The notes below the pieces were generated by a model. That model made no database searches and had not been told where the DNA came from. It saw only the letters and a program-made list of their open reading frames with translations. DNA of 63,528 bases, filler included, from Hausera hauseri (taxonomy: Eukaryota): NCBI GenBank assembly GCA_046269625.1. It is 13 parts of 13 records of this genome, joined end to end, with 100 filler letters (N's around TTAATTAATTAA, not from the genome) between each part and the next. Parts side by side here need not be neighbours in the genome. Positions count along the whole stretch, not along the records: positions 34,515 to 38,536 come from JBJURY010812643.1; positions 38,637 to 44,565 come from JBJURY010166976.1; positions 44,666 to 49,325 come from JBJURY010485909.1; 10 more parts are not named here. One strand, written 5' to 3'. Positions within the stretch are counted from its first letter, which is position 1. Each line of letters begins with the position of its first letter. A program made the translations under genes and the position numbers. Positions 38,360 to 49,425 of this stretch are shown here, in pieces.

Positions 38360-38636
38360 GGAGAGGGGAAAGTAATGGCTCAAAAAATAATAATTAAAAT
38401 TATTATTTATTTTTAATTTGTTTCAAAATTGGAATTGAATAAATTGTTTTAACAACTTTAATTCGAGTCCAATTTGTGTTGAAATGCACGATAATAAGCC
38501 AATGGATACTACGGATTTCGATCTGCCGATTTTGCCNNNNNNNNNNNNNNNNNNNNNNNNNNNNNNNNNNNNNNNNNNNNTTAATTAATTAANNNNNNNN
38601 NNNNNNNNNNNNNNNNNNNNNNNNNNNNNNNNNNNN

Positions 38637-39150
38637 ACCTCGAAATTTGGCGGGTGATGTCTATGCAATTTTACAACATAGCATAAGAGCTTTGCAGTTA
38701 AAGAAACATTTAATCACATTTTAGAATTGCACAATGTCTTCCCCAGCTTAATATGATTGATGAGGCCAATGATCGCATCAAATATTTGCAGCACAAATTT
38801 CCCGGGCACATGGGAAAAATCCAAAAAGCCACCGAACACGATAAGAAATTCACTGATAAAATACCAGATTTTATGGTAAAGGTGAATAAGAAAAAGAGAA
38901 ACACACTTATGCGATTTGCTGTCATCCCATCTAATCACCATCCTCGTTGTAAAAATATATCAAAATATTCCGATATAGGTCCGTATGATGGTGACAAAAA
39001 TATTCAATCTCCTGTAGTTCAAACGAAATTCCTCGACATTGCAGGCAATACACCAATAAAATCAAATGACAATCATCCCGAATAGAAAGAAAATGGCCGA
39101 CTATAAGATCTAAACAGATCGAAATCCGCTGAGAGTAAAAACGCTGATCA
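38637..39150 (+). pseudogene. Possible C-terminus of an RLE-type (R2/R4-like) non-LTR retrotransposon
   Basis: ETFNHIL..C (zinc-knuckle-like) followed by IPDFMVK...FAV...ISKYSDI, resembling the PD...D/E...K..KY restriction-like endonuclease motif. Degenerate. Confidence 0.4.
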
Positions 39151-39741
39151 TTTATTATGTATCGCCTTTCAACTCTTGTCGACAATGGCTCACCAAATCA
39201 CGAAAGGAATAACGTATCTAGCAGTTGAATTTTAGCAATTTCAACATAGCAAATTCATGATACATGCTTATCCTAATATGTTGCGGAATTTCAATCAATT
39301 CTCTAAGACAACCAATGATATTTATATCAACAAGATACCGGTCCAGTCTATCTATTCTTTATCGAAAGATATTAACCTCACATTGGAATATACAACTCGT
39401 CGTAAAGTTAACAATGAAACATCGAAAAGGCAACGACCGATTTAGTTTACTCTTAATTCTTTGCTATGGAAAATACCATTTGACTACAAAGACAAATACA
39501 ATAGAGTGAGTGAAAGAAGCGACAAAAATGTTACACTCAAACAAATAGTAATTGATGATGAGAGTTTCTGCTGCCCTGTTCTTGTGCCATCGGTCGGTTT
39601 CTCCAACGAGAGTTGTTTTATCACGGTGTTTCGGCGTCTTCATGGCAGGGCCACGACCTTGGCTGACCAGCCAATAGCCGTGGGGCGGGCGGCACAACGA
39701 GCGGAGTAACCAATTCACTCAACCAGCTGCTTAACGTCCGC

Positions 39742-41121
39742 TATTTCGTCTTATATTTTTTAAATAACGCACATCTTTACCTCAAATACTGCATAAACAG
39801 GCACTGCACACACCTTTTATCTATCTTTAGCCTTTTCTCTTAACACTTCTGATGTTTATCTGTCCCACCACGGCTCAATTCTCCACCCCTTTGACTCACT
39901 TTCTTCTCTTACTCATCCAATCACTCATCTTTCTCTCCACTTCCGGTGTGGATTTGACCCCAATCCTTCATATTCTAATGAAAACTTTAAGAAACCGTAC
40001 CTGTCGTTCGTGTTGTAGATGTGCACCATCCACTTCTCCTAATCTTCCCTGTGTTGAGTTCTTTTAGACAAAAATCACTCTAGTCGTACATGGTTTCAAT
40101 TCCATGTACAATGGCTTAAAGCCAATCATATAAGCTATTCTTTCATGCGCACCAACAGCTTATTAATCCTGCCCTCGGCCAACATCAAGCAACAAATTAC
40201 CAATCTTTCCGACATCTTTGCTTCTTCCACATCCATCAGGGTACTTCTTACTGTCGTCGACGACCTCACGGCGATTAAAAAACTAGCCGTACAATTTGAC
40301 AAAGGCTTCAAAATTCTGCAAAAAACAATCATTACCAATAGTTGCGGCAATAGTTCATACATCATTACGTGCAGACACTACCCTATTTGCACAACAATTG
40401 CAAACGATGCACAAACAGTACGACACTCTGCACCAATCAATTTCGGTCATCACAGCTCAGTTAAATAATATGACTGTGCCTCGATGAGGTGAGTCCCGTG
40501 TCTCGCGAGATCGTAGCCTCTCCAGGCACTAATTGAGGTCCAAATTTCTGGCTGAACAAATGATTTGCATCTATCAAAACAAATTCCGCACAGATTCAAA
40601 GAAGTGTCTCTTGGGCTGTCGATTCTACAACGAACGCTATGCAGTAGACAACCCTATTTGCACCTTTTATGCTAAATATCAGTTTCAAGCTCGGTCATGT
40701 GTTTCGGGATGTAAACACGATAAAAATAGCTCCAATTCTGCGTCTTTTCCTTCCTCTTCTTTTTCTCAACAGTTTTCAAAAAACTAATAACGTTACCAAA
40801 TGCCACGGCACATTCTGGAATAGGCGATACCTTACTATCAGCTGGCCGTCTTAATACCCCCTCTGCAGTCTTTCTGTTGAAAGCTGCGCTTTTCCTGACA
40901 AATCTTCACAGATCGATTTCCTCATCGACTCAGGATCCGTTTTTTCACTTCTGCCATCGTCTTTGGTTCCTACGTCTAATAATTCTTCTTTGCCTTTGCT
41001 TTTCACAGCTAGTGGTCAACTCTTTCGAACTGCAGATGCCAAAGAACTAATTTTCACCTTCTGCAACTTACCAGACAAGTTTGTATGGAAATTCTACATT
41101 GCTAATATTAAATATCCTATA
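39742..41121 (+). mobile_element. CsRn1-type gypsy remnant (Ubl-like segment, internally deleted gag, protease), interrupted by a Polinton terminus
   Basis: Homologous to 32074-33750 and to 54203-52960 (minus): double CHCC region, A AAA AAC TAA at 40778-40787, FLIDSGS protease. It stops abruptly at IKYPI. Confidence 0.8.
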
Positions 41122-41123
41122 AG

Positions 41124-44100
41124 AGTAAGGGGAAAGTGGGAAGTCTGTATCACCCAGGGGGTGTGTGAGAATGGATAAATCGATAGTGCACATGTGCTAA
41201 CCGCTAGTGCACATGGAGCTGTAGACAGCTGCACTTTCGGTCAACCAGCAGATCGTGTGCGGCCAGGAAATCTGGGCCAATTATAAGTAGGGGGAAAACT
41301 GGCAGTCTGCCTAACCCCCCTCGGGGGCTGTGCGCGTCGATAAATCGATAGTACACATGTGCTAATCAATAGTGCACATGGAGCACTATCGATCGGTAGT
41401 GTGCTAGGCAACGGTGCCCCTAGGCACCGTTGCTATGCACATTTTTGCACATTTGACAAATCGATTGCTGCACATTGCACAATTGATCGAATCGATCGGG
41501 ACAAAGTATTAATCGATAGTGCACATCAGTGCACATAGATTAATGCACAGTGCAGGTGTGCTTCACATATGCAAGTGTGCGAAAATCAATAATATCGGAT
41601 TTCCAATAATCCCAATATTGATGATTAGCACCCGGCACCGGGTGCAATCGGAAGTATACATGATGGACTGTGTGTTTGTGCAGTTAGAATTTAAATATAT
41701 TGATTGGTTTTCGAATAATTGCTAACTGAGGGAGAACCCGCATAGGCCTTTCCGGTATAAATTGAAAATCAATAATATCAATATGGCACATATACTGGCG
41801 GATGCAGTACTTGATTTACTATAGTTCAATGCAATACTCGAGTGAGGTGTGCTCTTGGATACGGTTGCCAAGGCACTTTTTCACTTTTCACATTTTTATC
41901 ATTGTGCAGCGTAGGATTGATGAAATCGATTGGGGTCAAGTGCATGCAGATAGAGCACATCGAGATGCACCTTGATATATACTGTGCAGTGCAAAAACAC
42001 GTGCAAGTGTGAAAAAAATCAATAATATCGGTTTTCCGATATTTCCAATATTGATGATTAGGACATGTTATCGGGTGCAATCGATTGGAAATACCATGCA
42101 CTATATGAATGTGCATTTGGAATTTAAATTTATCGAGCCTATTTCGAATAATATCGATCCAAAGTGCAACTGAGGCAGAATTCTCATGTTTTTTAGGTCC
42201 CAAGGAAGCATAATTCGATATTATAATTAGCGGGGACAGATAGGAAATCGCACATGGCGATCTCGAATCTCAAGCCAGATATTCGAATTTCGAATATTTT
42301 CAAGCTCAAATACCGAAGTTCGAACTGCTCGAAAAATCTAACAACGGCCTTCGATTCCTCTTATACGAAAACCTCCTTATACGTAAAATTATTCCATAAA
42401 AATGATCGATATAGATATAAAATCAATATTTCGAATTAAACAAAATGTGCATTTAAAGCCCAATAAAGCGGAAATCAATAAATCTATAAGTGGGGTGGGA
42501 CAGGAAAGCATATATGCAGAATCGGAATATGATGTTAAATAATCGAATTTGAGCTTTCAAGTCGAATATTTAGCTATTTGAACTCGAATATCGGTCAAGC
42601 ATGCATTATTTGAAGAATCTGATCACTGCATTCGAATCCTCATATATGAAAAGCTTAAATTTGGCGCCAACATGCATTTAATTTAATTGATGCATTAAAA
42701 CAAAAGTGCGTTAAAACCAATCAATAAGCGGGGCAGTACATTGTGATATGCATATATTTTTTCATTATTTCCAAATTCACTTCAACGAATGGTGAGTTTT
42801 TAATTGTGCTCCTCAAATAATTGGTTGATTTTTAGATATGCAAACTTTACGGAGAATGCTTGGCTCAAATCCACGAGCCTGAAAATTGTCACAGTATTAT
42901 GAAAAAGTACTTTAGTCATATTTACAACAGGGTTCAGTATTATATATGCCCTACATGTGAGGTAGTGTGTCAAACAAATTATGAAGACTTTTACAATGTC
43001 CATAAACAGAACTTGATTTCCTTCACCAAATCGAAAAAACAAATATTCAATACCAATGTGCAAATAACGACTTTCGTGCCAAAGGCAAATCAAGGATTCA
43101 GTTTATATGTCTATTGCACATGTGCAATACACAACCCTTAGAATTGCCACAATACTATGAGGAGCTATTATGGACACAAATTCAATAGGATCCTCTATTA
43201 TATTTGCCCAGTATGTGAGACTGTATGTGATGGAAAATACGTACAGTTTTATGAAGATCACAAACATCATTTAACTAACTTCGCATCAAAGTCAAAGAAG
43301 ATCATCTTTAATGAACATATGCCAGTTACACTGCCTGCAGTACAGCCAGATGCAGGACTAAAACGCGCATCAGGCGTAGCGTCTCCATCAAAGAGTCAAT
43401 GAAAGCGGCCAGTTGCTGCTGCAGCATTAAAGAGGAAATGCCGCAAATATGTTATTCATGCAACTGGTCAAACAACCATCAAGGAGTTCCTGGAGTACCC
43501 AGAGGAAGAAACAGAGGGAATTCTCCAGGCCAACATAGCTGAGCTGAAGTCCATTAAGGCTAATATAAAACTTGAGGCCACATACGTCAATGTTGATGGC
43601 GAAGAGTCCAAAAGGGCCTTGAAGACCAGAAATAGGCCCATTTTGAAGCCACCAATATAGTAGAATGGCTGCATGAAGACCATGCAAAGCTGACCCGTGA
43701 AGTCGATCAGAGCCAGAGTAAGAAGAGCGGATGGACTATGGCAACCATCAAGAGTGCTTGCGTATGTGCACAGATTTTCCCCCATGCGGGGTAGTTCATA
43801 TATTTAGCTTCCTGATTGGATCGCTAATAAAAAGCATGTGTTAATGTCCATAATAATGACAACATGTGTTTCATGTATGCCATTCTATCAAAACTGGTAC
43901 CGGATCAACATAATGCTTCAAGAGTTTGGTAGTATAAAGATGTGAAGCACAACTATGACTTCCAATGTATCACATTCCCTCCATCCTTAGATGAAATTAA
44001 GAAGTTCAGTCAAATCAACAACATATCAACCAACATCTTTGGATTGGATGAGGAGGATAAATTCTATCCCTTGCAGATATATGATAATGAATTGGAAGAT

Positions 44101-44565
44101 CATAGGGATCTGCTCCTACTAGACGATGGAGAAAAGAAACATGTTTGGATAAGGAATTTTGAACGTCTAGTAAGATCCCAAATTACGAATCATCATGGAA
44201 AAATTGAGATATGTAAGCGATGCCTGTCTGATTACAGTGGCGATACTGCAGTGGACAAGCTTGCAGAGCACAAAATGTACTGAAACAAAAATTACTGTAT
44301 CAGGCCAGAATTTCCCTAGGAGGACTATATTGAATTCAAGGAGTTCGAGAAAAACATCAGGATCCAAATAGTTATCTATTGTAACTTTGAAGCTATTCTC
44401 AGACTAGTTTAGACATGCACTCCCAGTCCTCAACATAGCAGTACAACGGTATATCAATATCATGAACTCTCATCATATTGCATGTATGCCAAAGGACTGG
44501 ACAGTGAACCATTTCTATTCAGAGTTCCAGGTGCAGCAGCACATTTCATGAAACGACTTGAAGAC
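41124..44565 (+). mobile_element. Polinton/Maverick left end: two tandem AGT-starting termini (41124, 41286), palindromes, subterminal repeats and pPolB N-terminus
   Basis: AGTAAGGGGAAAGTGG and AGTAGGGGGAAAACTGG are related to the reverse complement of 58622-58810. Degenerate direct repeats with periods of about 430 nt (41570/42000) and about 260 nt (42230/42490). Confidence 0.8.
42789..44565 (+). pseudogene. pPolB copy 2, N-terminal part: ATG-only exon, 44-nt intron, two Cys/His repeats, terminal-protein and protease-like region
   Basis: ATG|GTGAGT...TTTTAG (42792-42835) splices in frame to ICKLYGECLAQIHEPENCH. Continues through KSGW, NNDNMCFMYAILS and IYCNFEA, and is homologous to copies 1 and 3. 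Confidence 0.8.
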
Positions 44566-44665
44566 NNNNNNNNNNNNNNNNNNNNNNNNNNNNNNNNNNN
44601 NNNNNNNNNTTAATTAATTAANNNNNNNNNNNNNNNNNNNNNNNNNNNNNNNNNNNNNNNNNNNN

Positions 44666-45100
44666 ATTTTTAATTTGATTAATAATCGGTTCATAGTCCA
44701 CTGTCCGAATACCGAGTACAACAATTTTCCACTGCTAAACACTGACACAGAGTGGGCAAAACGATGTCAATCTCAGTGCAGGAAACAGTTCGGGTTCATA
44801 TGTACATTCAGCAGCGGTCATTGCTAGTTTGTACAGATTGATTGTTTGGTGGTAGTCTAACTGAATCGTTACCGTTATTGATTGGATTTTGTCAATGACA
44901 ATCCCGAATGGTAGTAGTTTTTCAGCTGTGATTGGTTTGCGACAATTCATAATACGACATTTTCAAGATGGAAATACGATGTATCTAAAATCCGGTGGAC
45001 ACTTGAGGACGTACTGCCTCGGCTTCCATAGATTAAAAGGCAGTGTGTTAATGTCACACTCGGTAACATGTCCACGATAGTTGATATTAGCTAAAATTAT
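44666..45100 (-). pseudogene. TATA-binding-protein (TBP)-fold protein in a Polinton
   Basis: ILANINYRG...YIVFPS*KCRIMNCRKP...IQSITVTIQL..TINLYKL...CTYEPELFPALRL...VSV/FSSGKIVVLG corresponds to both TBP repeats. One stop (44965-44963), one frameshift (about 44737), and a start probably mutated (ATA at 45100). Confidence 0.75.
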
Positions 45101-45195
45101 GGAAACAGTGTTTATACTATAACTATTTATATGCGTGTAATACGATTATAAACAAATAATGTGGTGCGCAAAGGTTGTATTATTACTATTATTAG

Positions 45196-45830
45196 ATGAA
45201 GCTGCAGAATGATGCCATTTTCTAGATTGCAGGCCTCAGTACAAGTGGCAAAACACACTTTGTGTGTAAACTATTGAAGAACTACCATGAGATGTTATAT
45301 TCACCGCGGTATAATCATGTATACTGGCATCAGGGTGTTGGTGATGATAATGATAAGTCCGGTTTGACAAAACGGGAATTTTGTAAACTAAAATCATCGA
45401 TAACGTTAATTATTGGGTTTGATGAGAACTGTTCAGAGAGATTACGCAACGAAGCAATCGGACTTCAACAACCTGTCCACAAAGATTGCACGACACCGCA
45501 ATGTGATGGTTATTTTCATTACGCAAAATATGTTCCATCAGGGCGGCCAGCATCGAACAAGTAATCTAAGCGTACACAATTTGGTGTTGTTCAAAAATCC
45601 CTGTGATCAGACTAGCATTGATTATGTTGCACGAAAAGCATTTCCTCACAATCGAGCCTATTTTATAGATGCATATCATGATACTACGACCGAACCACAA
45701 GAATACTTGTTCATCGACTTTACACAACAGTGTCCCGGTGACATGCGTCTACGAACAGACATTTTTATCAGAAAGGTGGTATATGTGCCTATCAACAAAT
45801 TCGAAAATCGACGACATGATTGTGATAAAA
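45196..45830 (+). pseudogene. Polinton A32/FtsK-like genome-packaging ATPase
   Basis: IAGLSTSGKT (Walker A), LIIGFD (Walker B), LSTKIARHRNVMVIFITQNMF, RTSNLSVHNLVLFKNP, YLFIDF..MRLRTDIF. Stop and frameshift present. Confidence 0.85.
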
Positions 45831-45832
45831 AT

Positions 45833-46015
45833 ATGAAGAATTTCCGCAAAACAATAGTTAAACGTAAACCTACTACCAAGCTGGTGTCCGGCGGCAAGAA
45901 ACATGTATCAAAGCGAACCATGGCTACAGTCAAGCAATTAATCAATTGTGTGTTTCATCGAACAACAACAGCAGCAGCTAGACGCAATTTACCGTCACAG
46001 TGGCAACGGTTATAA
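45833..46015 (+). CDS. Small basic protein, possibly a virion core protein (currently in frame with the ATPase)
   Basis: K/R-rich MKNFRKTIVKRKPTTKLVSGGKKH with an adenain-like xxGG site, located between the ATPase and the pX-like gene. Confidence 0.35.
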   Translation: MKNFRKTIVKRKPTTKLVSGGKKHVSKRTMATVKQLINCVFHRTTTAAARRNLPSQWQRL

Positions 46016-46021
46016 ACAACT

Positions 46022-46369
46022 ACGTCTCATCAACATCAATACGTCCAAAAAATGCAATTCAAACGTAGTCAGAAGTACTTCATTGCATAGCTCAATGCAC
46101 CTACGACACATAAGCGAAACATGCTACAATCGTTTGTAGCAGACGATTTGATGGAAATTTTAAACAATATCGTTGTGGGTCACGTTGACATTGGCAATGG
46201 AAAGCGGAATTTACTATAGTATTGAAAAGGATTCATTTACCTTGCCAACGCTCGAAGTAAACGAATGAAACGAGAGGTCATGTACCAGCAAGACGGCGGA
46301 TTCCTTAATGCAATTCTACCGATTGTAACGTCATTACTAGGTGGACTCATTGGTTCTTCAGCAGCATAG
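46022..46369 (+). pseudogene. Polinton/adintovirus pX-like (membrane-active amphipathic peptide) precursor
   Basis: ...LMEILNNIVVGHV...KRMKREVMYQQDGG|FLNAILPIVTSLLGGLIGSSAA*: a Q.GG-FL cleavage-like motif plus amphipathic tail. Internal stops, and ACG where ATG is expected. Not in the ORF track. Confidence 0.65.
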
Positions 46370-46480
46370 TATAAACAATGACGGTAAGTATATGATGATT
46401 CGGCGAAATGGGTGCATGGTTTTCATCTTTCTGTCCCAGTTTACCGAATCTTTCATTTACGTTTCTTTCTAATTGTTATA

Positions 46481-47546
46481 ATGCAAGCAAAACCGACACC
46501 ATCGACGGCAACTATGGGCGATGTGTGGTTCGACCGGCGTCATCCCGTCGGCTATACTGGCGTCGACAAACTGGCAAAGACTGTCACACAGACTCGGCAA
46601 CAGACCCAACGTTGGCTCCGGGAAACAGTTTGAATGGATCCTAAACAAATCGATAAGACGGCGGTTTCCAACTTGTGCATACCGTGCTGCTGGTGTAAAT
46701 AATGTATGGCAAATTAATCTGATGGAAGTGATTTCGAACGCCAGCATCAATGATGGGTATAGGTAGGTGCTGACATGTGTTGATGAATTTAGTCGTTTTG
46801 CACGTGCAATTGCTGTAAAATCTAAATCCGGTAAAAAGATTGCCGACGCTGTTCAGACACTGATACAACAACAACAACCGAAGCATTTACAAACGGATTT
46901 GGGTAAGGAATTCTACAATGTCCACATTGCAGCGGTCTTGAAACGGTTCGGCGTAAACCACTACTCGGTGTTTTCCCAATATGAGGCTGAACTCGTTGAA
47001 CGATTTAATCGAACATTGCGCGGTCGCCTAAACAAATTCATTACGAAGCAAGGCAACAAACACTGGGTTGATGTAATGCCGGATATTATTTACGCATGCA
47101 ATCATTCTACACATCGTGGCATCAATGGATTATGGCAGGTTGACGTAATCGATGATTTGGACATGTGGCTTTATCAAAACTTAACATAACGACAACAGGC
47201 AATTAAACACCCAAAATATAAAATCGATGCTTACGTACGTATTTCGAAAATAAGTACGACGCCATTCATTAAGAATTTCAATCAGAACTGTAGAGATGAG
47301 GTTTTCCGCATTTCGGCGATCAACACAAAACAAACACCTGTCATGTACGTTTTCGAGGATGAAAACGGTGAGGAAATAAGCGGTAAATTCTACAAACAGG
47401 AACTGCAGGTACTGCCCGAGAAACCCGATGCATATCGCATTCACGAAATTCTACGTTCACATGGCAAAGGTTCGAATAAACAATATCTCGTCAAGTGACA
47501 CGCATACACTGCACCGAGTTGGATTTTTGCATCGCAGATTGAGTGA
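46481..47546 (+). pseudogene. Polinton retroviral-type integrase with C-terminal chromodomain
   Basis: WFDRRHPVGYTGVDKL, WQINLME, LTCVDEFSRFA, LQTDLGKEF, VERFNRTL, YVRISK, GKFYKQELQ, YRIHEIL...QYLVK*..SWI. Confidence 0.9.
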
Positions 47547-48608
47547 TGAGCATTTATTTGGAACTTGATAGTAACAGATCATTATCACAACATACCAACG
47601 AAAATGACGGCAATATAGTTAAACGGTTTACCATACACTTGGACCAACCGGTCGATTTGCGGCACGGAGCCTGGGAATTGGCTTTGACGGAATATACATT
47701 TACGTTTTCAACAATGACAACAGTCAGAACAGTGGTATTTACTTTACCCGACAAGAAACGAACCTTATTTCAAGTTGTTTGCGGACAATCTGACACAATA
47801 ACCGATATACTCTTTGAAATTATTCACGACAACATTTCTCAGTTTATGCTTATTTTTCAAACTATCGTATGAAACTAATGCCTCAAAATCCAATGGAAAT
47901 GCAGTTTGAATCCATAGCTGATGGTTAGGCATGAGGTTTTCAATTAGTCAATGTACACTCGGAACATCTACGGCTAGGTGGACATGTTATTATTGGTAAA
48001 AATTTGGACCTTTCATCCAATGCGGAATCCGATATTATAGTAAAGTGGACTAAGTCAGAATCAGTCTTCCGCTCATATATTATATCACACAATTTACTAA
48101 TGAATACGGAACTGAAATTGTGTGAGTACGTCAAGAAAACAGCTACATTAGCCGTAAAGACATGTGAAATAAACGCATATGGCCATATTTCGACTATACT
48201 ACATGAAAATGTTACATATTTTGCCTTTGATGAATTATTGGTTCGGAATCTGGGTTTTTCAAAACACAAATTCTATCAAAACATTGTTGGACGATATATT
48301 ATTGCCAAATACAAAGCACAACTCTGGAGCATTTAATAGAATCACCATTTTAACGGACTTAACCGTATCCGTACTCGTTGGTGGAGAACGTAAACAACTA
48401 CTGTCTTCTATCGAAATGGATTTTGACACGTACAAAACAACGGGTGAAACTGTTCGCGTTAATATGCTCCGACCCATGTACTTATGATTGTCTCACAATA
48501 TTGTGCAGTATTTCCGTTTATATGCTTGATGAATTTTGGGAACCCATTAAATTTCCGTTAGAGTCAACGACATATTTGACGTTACATTTTCCACGCCATC
48601 ACCGATAA
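47546..48608 (+). pseudogene. Polinton minor capsid (penton) protein, paralogue 1
   Basis: N-terminal IYLELDSN...FTIHLDQPVDLRHGAWELALTEY and C-terminal TDL...LVGG..QLL...RPMY...PIKFP...YLTLHF match the Polinton penton termini. Frameshifted. Confidence 0.7.
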
Positions 48609-48647
48609 TAAACAAACTGCACAATCATCATTGACATCATTGTGAAT

Positions 48648-49325
48648 ATGAGTATTTATATGGTGTTGCTGAGCAATAGTTGTCCGACGACTCGTCCGCA
48701 CAATTCAGCTAGTGAATGCGTTGTTGATTGGAACAATCCTTTGGATTTATCTGGAAAATGGGAGGATGCACTAACGGAATTTAACTTTCACTATGCACCG
48801 GTGACATTGAAAGATAGTATGAAAATAACGTACAAAAGGACTGTTACTGAAACCAAAACACATTCTTGTCCTCTGATACTTACTAACAATAAAATAACAG
48901 TTGGAAAATCGGCCATTTGAACGACCAAAGCAAATTACGGTTCACATGGTAAAATCGGTGTCTTTATTTTAGATCAAAACTTACATGTTATGGTAGATTT
49001 TGAATTTACCGTTACCTTTGAGTTCTCTGAAATGGCGCAGAAATTTGGATTCAAAAATACAGGGTACAAAGATAAACATATTAAAAGTGAATATGTGATT
49101 GGCCCAAGCTTAAGTCCCGTATATTACCAGACAACTGTGAAATTTACCTATACAAAAGAAAGGGTGTCAACGTCATACGTATCGATTGGAGACAATGTCT
49201 ATTGCGATTCTGAATCAAATCTGTGTCAACACTTTTCAAAGCAAAAGCACAAGGCGATATTTAAAGTTTTCGAGTCAGATGCAAATGGGTACATTAAATT
49301 TGAACTGGCTAAGGATATTGTCGAC
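48648..49325 (+). pseudogene. Polinton minor capsid (penton) protein, paralogue 2, cut by contig end
   Basis: MSIYMVLLSNSCPTTRPHNSASECVVDWNNPLDLSGKWEDALTEFNF has the same L.SN...N....PL.L.G.WE.AL.E signature. Confidence 0.7.
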
Positions 49326-49425
49326 NNNNNNNNNNNNNNNNNNNNNNNNNNNNNNNNNNNNNNNNNNNNTTAATTAATTAANNNNNNNNNNNNNNNNNNN
49401 NNNNNNNNNNNNNNNNNNNNNNNNN

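Larger units (their letters stand above)
44666..49325 (+). mobile_element. Polinton/Maverick (adintovirus-like) internal module
   Basis: Compact array of TBP-like, ATPase, core/pX-like, integrase and two penton genes within one contig. Confidence 0.88.

Noticed and set aside
39697-39715. CGGAGTAACCA upstream of gag resembling the tRNA-Trp 3' end (an antisense PBS, possible self-priming)
   Set aside because: Only 9 of 11 matches, weaker in the 32035-32047 copy, and the true PBS is not visible. Too short to support.
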